DNA of 64,000 nucleotides from an uncultured Verrucomicrobiae bacterium (GCA_963772365.1 CAVYXA010000001.1:576001-640000); one strand, 5' to 3'; shown: positions 1 through 9,484, counted from the first letter of the stretch. The notes: generated by a model from the letters alone, not told the origin. Numbers and translations are program-made.

Positions 1-54
1 CGCTCAACATGACATGGAAAGCAGGTCTCTTTCCCTATGCGGGCAAAGAAATAA

Positions 55-1302
55 TCAGACTGGGGTCGTCGCGCTCTCGGCCGGCATCAGACGCGCCAGG
101 CCGAATTCTTTGTGAATTAATTGCGCCGCACGATCGGCGTCTTTTTCATCGATGATGACAGCGATCTTGATCTCGGACGTCGAGACTAATTGAATATTGA
201 TTCCGCCTTTGCCGAGACACTCGAACATTCGCGCCGCCACGCCGGAATGAGAGCGCATTCCGATTCCAACCACACTGAGCTTGGCCACCTCGCTCGCAGT
301 GTTGAGACGATTCGCGCCGATCTCGCTCACGATCGGCATCAACACTTTTCGCGCATCCTCCAAATCGTCCTGGTGAATGGTGAAGGAAATGTCGGTGGTA
401 CCGCTGATCGATGCATTTTGCACGATCATGTCCACGACAATGTGCGCGGCGGCAACAGTCGAAAAGATCCTGCCGGCCACTCCTGCTTTGTCCGGCACAC
501 CGGCAACAGTTAGTTTGGCTTGATTCCGGGCGAGGCTGATCCCGCGAATCACGACATCCTCCATGCTGGGCGTTTCCTCCTTCGCGACCGTTCCCTCGCG
601 CGGTTTGAAACTGGATCGTACTTCAAATTCGACTCCGAACTTTTTCGCAAACTCCACTGCGCGCGATTGCATCACTTTCGCGCCGCTGCCGGCCATCTCG
701 AGCAGCTCGTCGTATGCGATCTCGTCGAGCTTCTGCGCATCTTTTACAATTCGAGGGTCGCACGTGAACACACCATCGACATCGGTAAAAATCTGGCAGG
801 CATCGGCATTCAAGGCGCTGGCCAGCGCGATTGCAGTCAAATCGGAACCGCCACGACCGAGCGTTGTGGTTTCGCCTTCAACGGTCTGTCCCTGAAAACC
901 TGCCACGATCACGATGTAATCATCTTCGAGTAGTTCCAGGATTTGCTTCGGACTGATATTCGCGATCCGCGCTTTTGTATGCATCGCGTTGGTCAAAATG
1001 CCGGCATCCGCGCCGCACAACGAAACCGCCCGCCCGCCGAGAGCATTGACGGCCATCGCCGTCAGTGCGCTCGATGCACGTTCGCCCGTTGCCAGCAAAA
1101 CATCCAGCTCCCGCTTGGTCGGATCGGGTGACATTTCTCGCGAAAGCTTGATCAGCTCATCGGTCACACCGGCCATGGCCGAAACTACGGCGACGACTTT
1201 GCAGCCTTCCTTTTGCGTCTCGATCAGCCGTTGGGCGACTTTGCGGATCCGCTCGGCCGATCCAACCGATGTCCCGCCATATTTCTGAACAATCAAACGC
1301 AT
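55..1302 (-). CDS. lysC: Aspartate kinase (two ACT domains)
   Basis: N-terminal VQKYGGTSVG, TTLGRGGSD and DVDGVFTCDPR motifs; C-terminal ACT domains (GVPDKAGVA, GMRSHSGVAA, STSEIKI). Confidence 0.95.
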   Translation of the reverse strand: MRLIVQKYGGTSVGSAERIRKVAQRLIETQKEGCKVVAVVSAMAGVTDELIKLSREMSPDPTKRELDVLLATGERASSALTAMAVNALGGRAVSLCGADAGILTNAMHTKARIANISPKQILELLEDDYIVIVAGFQGQTVEGETTTLGRGGSDLTAIALASALNADACQIFTDVDGVFTCDPRIVKDAQKLDEIAYDELLEMAGSGAKVMQSRAVEFAKKFGVEFEVRSSFKPREGTVAKEETPSMEDVVIRGISLARNQAKLTVAGVPDKAGVAGRIFSTVAAAHIVVDMIVQNASISGTTDISFTIHQDDLEDARKVLMPIVSEIGANRLNTASEVAKLSVVGIGMRSHSGVAARMFECLGKGGINIQLVSTSEIKIAVIIDEKDADRAAQLIHKEFGLARLMPAESATTPV

Positions 1303-1325
1303 GTAAAAATCGTGCGGAGTTTAAA

Positions 1326-2390
1326 CTAAAAACCAATGTCGCGAAGCACATTGTCGATGGTCGTTTCGACAGGCTGGACATTGTCGATGGTCCCGCGGAA
1401 CGGCTCGGGGTCTTTTAAACCATGGCCGGTAACGGTGCAGACGATCCGGCTTTCACTGCGAATTTTGTGGCAATATTTGAAGAGGCCCGCGATGGAAGTT
1501 GCGCTGGCGGGCTCGACAAAAATTCCCTCCTTCCGCGCCAACCAGGATTGCGCGTCGAGAATTTCCTCGTCCCTGACGATCTCGATCGTCCCGCCCGATT
1601 CCTCGACCGCGGCGCGCGCTTCTTTCCAACTGGCAGGATTACCGATTCGAATAGCCGAAGCAATTGTGTCCGGATCTTTGATAATTTGATTAAAAAAAAT
1701 CGGCGCCGCTCCCAAAGCCTGGAACCCGATCATAGCTGGCAATGTTCTCGACTTGGCGTTTTGCCAGTATTCGCGGTAACCCGCCCAGTAGGCCGTGAGG
1801 TTGCCCGCGTTGCCAACTGGCAGGAGATGGAAATTGGGCGCGTCGCCTAGAACATCGACAATCTCGAATGCGGCGGTTTTCTGGCCGGCGATGCGGTCGG
1901 GGTTAATCGAATTGACGATTGCAAAACCAGCGCGCTGCCCGAGGTCGCGCACGATCCGAAGTGCATCATCGAAGTTGCCATCCACGCCAATCATGCGCGC
2001 GCCGCAGGCAAAGGCTTGCATCAGTTTGCCACTGGCAATTTTTCCTACGGGCAAAACCACCACGCTGGGAATTCCCGCCCGCGCGGCATACGCCGTCGCC
2101 GAAGCCGAAGTATTGCCGGTCGATGCACAAATCAAAGCACGCGCCCCACGTTCCAGAGCTTTGGAGACGGCGACGGTCATCCCGCGATCTTTGAACGAGC
2201 CGGTGGGATTCACGCCTTCGTTCTTGATAAAAACTTCGCAGCCGCGCCCGACGTGTTTACTTAGATGCGCGGAATAGAGTAATGGCGTGCTGCCTTCGCC
2301 TAACGAGACAATGGGTGTGTCCTGGCTGACCGGAAGAAACTCGCGATAGCGAGCGATCACTCCCCTATCCTGTTCGAATGACCTCCACAT
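1326..2390 (-). CDS. thrC: Threonine synthase
   Basis: SLGEGSTPL, NPTGSFKDRG (PLP lysine), ASTGNTS, PVGNAGN; start placed at ATG 2390; directly upstream of lysC. Confidence 0.92.
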   Translation of the reverse strand: MWRSFEQDRGVIARYREFLPVSQDTPIVSLGEGSTPLLYSAHLSKHVGRGCEVFIKNEGVNPTGSFKDRGMTVAVSKALERGARALICASTGNTSASATAYAARAGIPSVVVLPVGKIASGKLMQAFACGARMIGVDGNFDDALRIVRDLGQRAGFAIVNSINPDRIAGQKTAAFEIVDVLGDAPNFHLLPVGNAGNLTAYWAGYREYWQNAKSRTLPAMIGFQALGAAPIFFNQIIKDPDTIASAIRIGNPASWKEARAAVEESGGTIEIVRDEEILDAQSWLARKEGIFVEPASATSIAGLFKYCHKIRSESRIVCTVTGHGLKDPEPFRGTIDNVQPVETTIDNVLRDIGF

Positions 2391-2475
2391 GCGGAAAAGA
2401 CTTTGCAAAAGTGGCCGAATCTTTTTCCTTTAGCAATTCGGCGCTCACCGGAGTTATTGATAGGATCGACATTGC

Positions 2476-5400
2476 ATGCCCTCGTTAAACAAAGAAACCA
2501 AGCTTCGCCTGCTCCGGTTGATTCTGGAAAGTCGTCATGCGGACTTGCGTGAGCAAAATCTGATCCGCCAGGGCAAAGGACACTTTCATGTTTCCGGAAT
2601 GGGGCATGAAGCGCTCGCGGCGGTGTCGATTCAAATGGAGCCGGACGATTACATCGTTTCGTATTATCGCGATCGTGGCCTGGTGCTTGGCCGGGGAATG
2701 ACCACCCGCGAGCTCGGTCTCGAATATTTCGCCAAACGAAACACCGGCAGTCACGGCCGGCAGATGCCGTCGCATTACAGCAATCGCAAATTAAACATCT
2801 GGAGTGTGCCGACTCCGACCGGCTCGCAGCTTCTTCCCGCGTGCGGCATGGCCTGGGGAATTCAGCTCGATGGCAAAAAAAATCTGGTCGTGACGACGGT
2901 CGGTGATGCGGCGACGCGCCAGGGCGATTTTTTTGAGGCGATCTGTTTCGCGAAAGAGAAAAAGCTCCCGATGCTTTTCCTTGTCGAAGACAACGCCTAC
3001 GGCATCAGCATGCCGACGCGGAAAAACAATCCGCTCGCACTAAATATTCTCGAATCGGACCACTGGCGCAGGATCAACGGCAATGATGTCCAGCAAGTGT
3101 ATGAGGCAACCGCAGAGGGGTTCGAAAAAATTCGCGATGGAAATGGGCCGTTCTTTTTCTGGATCAAAATGGAGCGGCTCTCCAGTCACACCAGCTCGGA
3201 CGATCATAAGCTGTATCGCAGCGCCGAGGAGATCGACTCGCTCTTGAAGTTCGATCCCCTCACCTGTTGGCGGAATGAGCTCACGAAGGAAGGCGCGATC
3301 ACGGCGGATGAATTCGCGAAGATCGACAATGAAATCAAAGAACGGGTTCGCCAAGAATACAGCGATGCTGAGAAAGCGGAAGATCCGTCGGCCAAGGAAT
3401 TGTTTGATGAAGTGATGCAGCCGCGGTCGTCCGCCTTCGCCAAGGCTACGGCGGACAAGCCGCCCGCGGCCACAGAGGTTTTGCCGCCGGGGAAATATCG
3501 AATTGGCGACACAGTCAACATGACTCTGCGAGCGGGACTGAAAGAAGATTCGGGCCGGATCATTTTCGGCGAAGATGTCGAAGACCCGAAAGGCGGCGTG
3601 TTTCGGCTGACCCAGAAACTTTCCACCGAATTTCCGAAACAGGTTTTCAATTCGCCGCTGGCTGAGTCGACAATCCTCGGGGTGGCCTGCGGCCTTGCCG
3701 CATATGGCAAGCGGCCTGTGTTCGAAGTGCAATTCATTGATTTTATTTATCCGGGATTCAATCAATTGGTCACGAACATCTCGAACTTGCGCTGGCGATC
3801 CCTCGGAAATTGGAAATGTCCGGCAGTCATTTACGCGCCTTACGGTGCGTATTTGCCGGGCGGAAGTTTATGGCATAGCCAGGCTAACGAATCAGCATTC
3901 GCGCATTATCCGGGGCTCTCGGTCGTGATCCCAAGTACGCCGGAAGACGCGGCTGGATTGCTCTGGACAGCAATGCACAGCGAAGATCCTGTCATTTTTT
4001 TGATCCCAAAACATATGCTCTGGGCTGAGCGCGAATCGAAAGAGCCGGTGCGAGCCATACCCTTCGGAGAAGCACGAAAATTCCGCGACGGGTCTGATGT
4101 GACGTTGATCGCGTGGGGGAACACGGTCGAGAAATCTCTCGAGGCTTTGGCGAAAATCGAGAACGAAACCAGCGTCGAGCTGATCGACTTGCGTTCCATC
4201 GTCCCATGGGACAAAAATGCGATTGAAAAATCTGTGCGCAAAACCGGGCGCATCGTCGTCGTTCAGGAAGACACGGAGAATTGCAGTGTCGGTCAGATGA
4301 TCATTTCTCACCTGTCGAGCAATCCCGAATTGTGGAGCGCGATGGTCAGCCCACCAATTTTGGTGAGCAAAGGCAATGTGATGATTGGTTATAATCCGAT
4401 CTACGAATATGCAGCATTGCCCGATGTGGAACGGATCCTCAACGCGATCCGGCAATCGGTTGCAACAAAGGAAAAACGCGCTGCAGCCGTAGGCTTTGAC
4501 CACAGCCGGGCTGAACCAGTGGCCGATTCGAAGAAGCCGAGGTCAACGCCCTCGGCTACAAACGTCCAACCGATCGTGGTCCCGATCATGGGCGAAGGAA
4601 TTCGTAATGCGAAAATAGTTTCGTTGCTGAAGAAGCCGGGCGACCCGATCGCGCTGGATGACGATTTATGCGAAGTCGAAACCGACAAGGCGGTCTATCC
4701 GATCCAATCATCGTTCGTCGGTACGATGGGCGAATGGAAAACAAAAGTTGGCGAGACGGTCGAGATCGGTCAGGAACTCGGGACAATTTTAATGGACGCT
4801 GCAGATGCGGGCGTCGAGCGCGGCCGGATCGAATCCGCCGTTGAAATACAAAAGCCGGGGTCAAGGCCCTCGGCTGCAACCATTGAGCCGGCGCTGTCAC
4901 CAACGGTTACGCGCAAGCTTTCAGACGTGATTCCGGCAAATCTGCAAATTGATGTTCGTTGGGACGCGATCCGAAAGGCGCGCGAGGCAGCGAAGAAGAA
5001 AAACGGCCAGGATGCACCGACCCCGAGTGTCATGATTGCGTGGGCAGTCGTGAGGGCGATGGAGAAGCATGCTCCGTTTCGCCGGTTGATCCTTGAAGAC
5101 GATCGCATTGTTGAAAATGAGAACTTTGATCTCGGTATCGCTGTCGCGCTGGAGGACGATCGGCTCGCGACGGCGGTGATTGTCGAGGCCAACAAGAAGA
5201 GCTGGCCCGAGTTCGTGAAGATTTACGATGAAACAGTGAAGGCCACGCGCCGCGGGCGAGTCGATGCCATGAATGCGCCGGTCGTGATTACCAGCCTAGG
5301 CGCTTTTGGAGTAAAAGTCGGAGCACCAATTGTCGTGCCGCCTTCGGTGGGAACGCTGTTCGTCGGCACGGCCCATCGCGAAATCGTTTCAAACGGCAAA

Positions 5401-5556
5401 AAAAATGAAACCGCCGAAGTGGTTACGCTTTCGCTCACGTTCGATCATCGGGTGGTCAACGGCGCCGGCGCCGCCAATTTCGTTCACGATGTTAAGGAGG
5501 AACTAGAAGGTTTCAGGATGCCAGCCGCGACTCCGAAGCTTTCCGGAAAATCATGA
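2476..5556 (+). CDS. Fused 2-oxoacid dehydrogenase: E1alpha + E1beta + lipoyl domain + E2 acyltransferase core
   Basis: ThDP motif GDAATRQGDFFE...EDNAYGIS; RLSSHTSSDD; beta part GEDVEDPKGGVFRLT, NSPLAES, EVQFIDF; lipoyl motif EVETDKA; C-terminal LSLTFDHRVVNG; one open frame of 1026 aa. Confidence 0.9.
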   Translation: MPSLNKETKLRLLRLILESRHADLREQNLIRQGKGHFHVSGMGHEALAAVSIQMEPDDYIVSYYRDRGLVLGRGMTTRELGLEYFAKRNTGSHGRQMPSHYSNRKLNIWSVPTPTGSQLLPACGMAWGIQLDGKKNLVVTTVGDAATRQGDFFEAICFAKEKKLPMLFLVEDNAYGISMPTRKNNPLALNILESDHWRRINGNDVQQVYEATAEGFEKIRDGNGPFFFWIKMERLSSHTSSDDHKLYRSAEEIDSLLKFDPLTCWRNELTKEGAITADEFAKIDNEIKERVRQEYSDAEKAEDPSAKELFDEVMQPRSSAFAKATADKPPAATEVLPPGKYRIGDTVNMTLRAGLKEDSGRIIFGEDVEDPKGGVFRLTQKLSTEFPKQVFNSPLAESTILGVACGLAAYGKRPVFEVQFIDFIYPGFNQLVTNISNLRWRSLGNWKCPAVIYAPYGAYLPGGSLWHSQANESAFAHYPGLSVVIPSTPEDAAGLLWTAMHSEDPVIFLIPKHMLWAERESKEPVRAIPFGEARKFRDGSDVTLIAWGNTVEKSLEALAKIENETSVELIDLRSIVPWDKNAIEKSVRKTGRIVVVQEDTENCSVGQMIISHLSSNPELWSAMVSPPILVSKGNVMIGYNPIYEYAALPDVERILNAIRQSVATKEKRAAAVGFDHSRAEPVADSKKPRSTPSATNVQPIVVPIMGEGIRNAKIVSLLKKPGDPIALDDDLCEVETDKAVYPIQSSFVGTMGEWKTKVGETVEIGQELGTILMDAADAGVERGRIESAVEIQKPGSRPSAATIEPALSPTVTRKLSDVIPANLQIDVRWDAIRKAREAAKKKNGQDAPTPSVMIAWAVVRAMEKHAPFRRLILEDDRIVENENFDLGIAVALEDDRLATAVIVEANKKSWPEFVKIYDETVKATRRGRVDAMNAPVVITSLGAFGVKVGAPIVVPPSVGTLFVGTAHREIVSNGKKNETAEVVTLSLTFDHRVVNGAGAANFVHDVKEELEGFRMPAATPKLSGKS
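3429..3456. repeat. Palindromic repeat GTCCGCCTTCGCCAAGGCTACGGCGGAC, in frame in the E1alpha/E1beta linker
   Basis: 7-bp stem GTCCGCC/GGCGGAC; near-identical intergenic copy CCGCCTTCGCAAGGCTACGGCG at 37826-37847; encodes SAFAKATAD. Confidence 0.75.
4482..4560. repeat. 79-bp REP-like inverted-repeat element, in frame in the E1beta/lipoyl linker
   Basis: Left arm TGCAGCCGTAGGCTTTGACCACAGC versus reverse complement of right arm TGTAGCCGAGGGCGTTGACCTCGGC (19/25 by eye); CTACA terminus. Confidence 0.7.
4800..4878. repeat. Second 79-bp copy of the same element, in frame in the lipoyl/E2 linker
   Basis: Right arm AAGCCGGGGTCAAGGCCCTCGGCTGCA matches AAGCCGAGGTCAACGCCCTCGGCTACA at 4534-4560; same overall length. 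Confidence 0.65.
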
Positions 5557-5954
5557 ATAGAGACATCCGTTGGAGGCAGCGCTTTCAAAACTTCACTAAA
5601 GCTCTCGCCCTTTTGCGGGAGCCATTTGCTCGCGAAACCGGGTCGCTTTCCGACTTGGAAAAGGAAGGAGTCGTGCAGCGTTTTGAAGTTACATTCGAGC
5701 TGGCCTGGAAGACATTGAAGGACTACCTGGTTTTTAATGGCGTGGTTTTTCAGCAGGTAACGCCGCGCAACGTGATTAAGCAGGGTTTCGCAAGTAAAGT
5801 CATTTCAGACGGGCAACTTTGGATCGACATGCTAGACCGCCGCAATCTGCTGGCCGACGAATCGCTTCTCGATGAGACGGTAAATCAGGTGGCGACAAAA
5901 TTCCTTCCCGCCTTCGAGCAACTATTTGGATTGCTCGAAGGAAAATCGAAATGA
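5553..5954 (+). CDS. HEPN / HI0074-family nucleotidyltransferase substrate-binding protein; catalytic His apparently deleted
   Basis: RW.QRFQNF.KAL, G.VQRFE.TFELAWKTLKDYL, PR.VIK.GF family motifs; RNLLADE where the family has RN..(S/A)HTY(D/N)E. Confidence 0.85.
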   Translation: MNRDIRWRQRFQNFTKALALLREPFARETGSLSDLEKEGVVQRFEVTFELAWKTLKDYLVFNGVVFQQVTPRNVIKQGFASKVISDGQLWIDMLDRRNLLADESLLDETVNQVATKFLPAFEQLFGLLEGKSK

Positions 5955-6280
5955 TTTCTTTCGGATTGAACGAACGAGAACGCAGCCTTCTGGCCGGAGT
6001 GTTCCGAAGCCATCCCGAGATCCAGGAAGTCCGCGTGTTTGGCTCGCGAGCAAAAGGAAATAACGAGCCGAATTCCGATATCGACCTGGCCCTATGGGGA
6101 ACGGTTGATTCACGACTGCTTGCCCGGGTAATGGGTGAACTGGATGAGCTGCCGCTTCCCTATACGTTTGACGTGGTAATCTACGATCACGTCGATAACC
6201 CCGACCTGAAGGAACACATTGATCGTGTAGGCAATTCCCTGTACCGGAGCGCAACGCCCGGGCAGCGCATGACCAATTGA
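5951..6280 (+). CDS. Minimal nucleotidyltransferase (MNT), partner of HEPN
   Basis: VFGSRAKG....SDIDL motif, LPLPYTFDV; ATGA overlap with the HEPN gene. Confidence 0.9.
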   Translation: MISFGLNERERSLLAGVFRSHPEIQEVRVFGSRAKGNNEPNSDIDLALWGTVDSRLLARVMGELDELPLPYTFDVVIYDHVDNPDLKEHIDRVGNSLYRSATPGQRMTN

Positions 6281-6385
6281 ATTCATGAATCGGCGGGGTC
6301 GCGGGCGGGACTTTTGAAGGGGGAGTCGAGGCTTCGAGTGGCCGTTCTTTGGTTCGGCATATCTATCCGTGCCGCGTAGGATCGA

Positions 6386-7327
6386 TCAGGCACGCGGCAC
6401 AGAAACGCGCTGAACTTCTGCTTCTTTTTTAGGACCGATCTTTCGAAAGATCATCCACACTCCGGCCAGGACAAAACAAGCGCCGACCAGCGACCAGACT
6501 GGAAATTTCTCACCGCCGACCAGCCACCCCAGCGTGACCGCGCCCGGGGGTGTAATAAGTGCGATCGTTTGCAAATTCGTTACCGTCATTCGCGGTAACA
6601 ACCAATAAAGGAGAAGGAACGTGAGAGCCGATCCGATCACGGCCAGATACAGCAGGCAAAAGATCGAGGTCGCGGTCCAATGAAACTTGAGTGGACTTCC
6701 ATCGACAACGCGCCCGGTTACAAGCAACGGAACCGCGCCGAAGATCATTTGCCAGGCGGCGATCATGCTTGGGGCCAGTCGAATCGCCCGCCGCTTGAGA
6801 ATGACGTTTGAGAAAGCCGCGCCCGCGGCTCCGAAAACAATCCCGAGCCCGCCCCAAAACGCCATCATTCCGCCGAAGCTGAGTAATCGAGTGCAGATGA
6901 GCGCTACTCCGCCCATGGCAAGCAGCGCACCGGCAAATTTTTGCAGCCGGATCGGTTCTTCCGGAAGCATCCAGTGCGCGAAAATCATTCCGAAGATCGG
7001 AATAGACGCCTGCAATACCGCCGCTAGGCCGGAAGAAACGTGGAGCTCACCCCAAAAGAGTAGTCCGTAATTCACTGCGAACATCAGCACTCCGGTGAAT
7101 GCGAGCAATGCATAATCACCGCCGCGAATCGGCAACAGTCGCACACGTCCGATCGAGACCATCACCAAAACAATGATTGCAATCAGAAAGCGGATGGCGG
7201 CATACGAAATCGGCGGCAAATCGCGCAAACCGACCTTAATGGCCAGCCACGTTGAACTCCAAACTACGCAAAGCGTTAACCACGCTAACGGCACTCCCCA
7301 GCCCACGCGTGGCCGCAGATTTTTCAT
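6386..7327 (-). CDS. EamA/DMT family transporter
   Basis: WSSTWLAIK..L..LPP, VSSGLAAVL, about 10 hydrophobic segments; start at ATG 7327 with GGAGG upstream. Confidence 0.88.
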   Translation of the reverse strand: MKNLRPRVGWGVPLAWLTLCVVWSSTWLAIKVGLRDLPPISYAAIRFLIAIIVLVMVSIGRVRLLPIRGGDYALLAFTGVLMFAVNYGLLFWGELHVSSGLAAVLQASIPIFGMIFAHWMLPEEPIRLQKFAGALLAMGGVALICTRLLSFGGMMAFWGGLGIVFGAAGAAFSNVILKRRAIRLAPSMIAAWQMIFGAVPLLVTGRVVDGSPLKFHWTATSIFCLLYLAVIGSALTFLLLYWLLPRMTVTNLQTIALITPPGAVTLGWLVGGEKFPVWSLVGACFVLAGVWMIFRKIGPKKEAEVQRVSVPRA

Positions 7328-7516
7328 CGATACCTCCTTTCCATCGGCTACGCGACCATCGCGTTGCCCCAAAGATTCGCAAAGACGAGCGCGACGCCTT
7401 CCGCTTCCAGCCGAATGCAATGGAATCGGACGATCAGGGCCCAAAAAATAATGACAGATTCTTCTTGCCGCCGGAATCGGCGTTTACTAAATGGATGCCT
7501 TGAAACTTCCCTAACT

Positions 7517-7966
7517 ATGAAATGGCTCGTAAAAATCTCTGTCGGCGCGGTTTACCTCGCGGTCCAAATGCAAGAATTAATTGCTCAGCAACCTGGTGAA
7601 TACACCACAACAGCCCACGGTCCTGGTCCTGTTTTCTGGATCATTTACGTCGCGGTCCTGCTCTTCATGCTGGCAGCGATGTGGAAAGTGTTTACCAAAG
7701 CTGGCCAACCCGGGTGGGCGATCCTCATTCCAATTTATAATCTCTATGTCCTTTGCAAAATCGCCGGACGACCTGGATGGTGGCTCATTCTTTGTCTTAT
7801 TCCGTTCGTTAATCTGATTATTTTCATTATTCTGGACATCGACATCGCTAAAAATTTTGGCAAGGGCGCTGGATTTGGGATTGGGCTGTTGTTGCTGCCC
7901 TTTATCTTTTTCCCAATCCTTGGCTTTGGCAGCGCGCAATACCAAGGTGGGGCGGCGACAGCATAG
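7517..7966 (+). CDS. DUF5684-like membrane protein
   Basis: WKVFTKAGQPGWA.LIPIYN, GRPGWW, AKNFGKG.GFGIGL..LPFIFFPILGFG motifs. Confidence 0.8.
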   Translation: MKWLVKISVGAVYLAVQMQELIAQQPGEYTTTAHGPGPVFWIIYVAVLLFMLAAMWKVFTKAGQPGWAILIPIYNLYVLCKIAGRPGWWLILCLIPFVNLIIFIILDIDIAKNFGKGAGFGIGLLLLPFIFFPILGFGSAQYQGGAATA

Positions 7967-7969
7967 TCG

Positions 7970-8734
7970 CTACGGAACCCACTTGGGCTTTCGCTTTTCG
8001 TTAAATGCGGCGATGCCTTCCACGGCCTCGTCCGACTCGCGCGCTTGCATGTGATATTTCAACGCAAGATCGACATCTTCTTTCACGCTGCTCGACCAGA
8101 GTTCTTCGATCAATTTTTTTGTCTGTTGCAGCGCGCCGGGGGCACCTTGCAAAACTGAATCGGCGAATTTGCTCGCCTCGGTCATGAGATCGCGTTCGGG
8201 AACAACGCGATTGACTAGTCCGATCTCGCGAGCACGTGCGGCATCAATTAATTCCGAGCCGAACAAAAGCTCCCGAATATCCCGCTCGCGGACCTGACGT
8301 CGGAGAAAAGTCAAAACCAGACCCGCGACCAGGCCGCGCCGGACTTCCGGATAGCCGATCTTTGTCCGCTCCGCGGCAACGACAAAATCGCAGGCCGACA
8401 TGATACCCGCGCCACCAGCCACCGCTGCGCCGTGAACCGCCGCAATGGTGACCAGTCGGGTCTGACTCAGTGTGACCAAAGTCTTTGCAACGCATTCCGC
8501 CGTCGCATGAGCTTTCGTCTGGTCCGCAGCTTCTTTTAAATCCAAACCAGTGCAAAACGCCACGCCGGCGCCACGCAAAATCAGGATTCGCTCCTGCGGT
8601 TGAGCCGAGGTCGATTCGACGGTATCGATCAGCTCCTGGAGAAGCTCAATAGTCAAAGCATTGCGGCGCTCCGGCCGGTTCAGTGTCGCGATCGTGATGT
8701 GCGGCCGCAATTTTTCGACGAGAAGAACGGGCAT
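7970..8734 (-). CDS. Enoyl-CoA hydratase/isomerase (crotonase; methylglutaconyl-CoA hydratase-like)
   Basis: TLNRPERRNAL, FCTGLDL, HGAAVAGGAG, PEVRRGL, EGIAAFNEKRKP. Confidence 0.88.
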   Translation of the reverse strand: MPVLLVEKLRPHITIATLNRPERRNALTIELLQELIDTVESTSAQPQERILILRGAGVAFCTGLDLKEAADQTKAHATAECVAKTLVTLSQTRLVTIAAVHGAAVAGGAGIMSACDFVVAAERTKIGYPEVRRGLVAGLVLTFLRRQVRERDIRELLFGSELIDAARAREIGLVNRVVPERDLMTEASKFADSVLQGAPGALQQTKKLIEELWSSSVKEDVDLALKYHMQARESDEAVEGIAAFNEKRKPKWVP

Positions 8735-8914
8735 AACAATGCGCAAATTAATCTGCGGACCGCGTGTGCGAAAGTCGAATTCACCATTCGATCGATCGCT
8801 CTAATTGGCCGCATTTGAGCGAGTTGACAGGCAAAAAAAATTTTAGGAGGGCCAAAAAGCTTGCTTGCTACGATTCAGCAATTGACCCAATATGGCCCTT
8901 CGAACTACATAATT

Positions 8915-9103
8915 ATGAAGAAATACATCTGCATACTAGCCGGTGCCGCGCTTCTCGCGGCGTGTGAGCAAAAAACTGAAACCGTCGCCCCAGAAGCTAG
9001 CCCCACTGCGACCATGGCGCCGGAGATGAGTCCGGAAGCGACTATGGCGCCGGAGATGACGCCAACTCCGGCCATGTCACCGGAGATGACGCCGACACCA
9101 TAA
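8915..9103 (+). CDS. Small lipoprotein with three 10-aa Met/Pro/Thr repeats
   Basis: MKK + hydrophobic stretch + LAAC lipobox; 30-bp tandem units at 9008-9097. Confidence 0.75.
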   Translation: MKKYICILAGAALLAACEQKTETVAPEASPTATMAPEMSPEATMAPEMTPTPAMSPEMTPTP

Positions 9104-9134
9104 ATCAGCACAGATAAAATCCCAGGAGGTACGA

Positions 9135-9356
9135 ATGAAAAAATGGATGTTTCTCCTGCTCGGGGCCGGATTGTTGATGGCCTGTGAGCAAAAAGAAACG
9201 AGCGTAACCAACCCGCCCGCGCAAAAAGAGGAGAATACAACAATCATTAATAAGGAATCGCCGCCTCCGGAGCAGAAAACGGAGACCGAACCCAAAACGG
9301 AGACGGAAACCAAGAGCGAGACGAATATTAACGTCAATCCATCTCCTACTCCGTAG
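9135..9356 (+). CDS. Small lipoprotein, related to the upstream gene
   Basis: AGGAGG RBS; MKK + hydrophobic stretch + LMAC lipobox; shared CEQK mature N-terminus and PTP C-terminus. Confidence 0.8.
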   Translation: MKKWMFLLLGAGLLMACEQKETSVTNPPAQKEENTTIINKESPPPEQKTETEPKTETETKSETNINVNPSPTP

Positions 9357-9379
9357 TTTCACAAACGGTCTTTAACGGC

Positions 9380-9420
9380 AAAGTCTTCCCGCGGATTTCC
9401 GCCCGCGGGGAGACTTTTGC
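9380..9420 (+). terminator. Probable intrinsic terminator after the lipoprotein pair
   Basis: 15-bp stem AAAGTCTTCCCGCGG / CCGCGGGGAGACTTT (one G-U) ending in TTTT. Confidence 0.65.
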
Positions 9421-9484
9421 TGTACTGGTCGAAATGTCTGCTGACATTTTTGGCCGGTGTAGATCGGGATTATCGTATCGAGTA

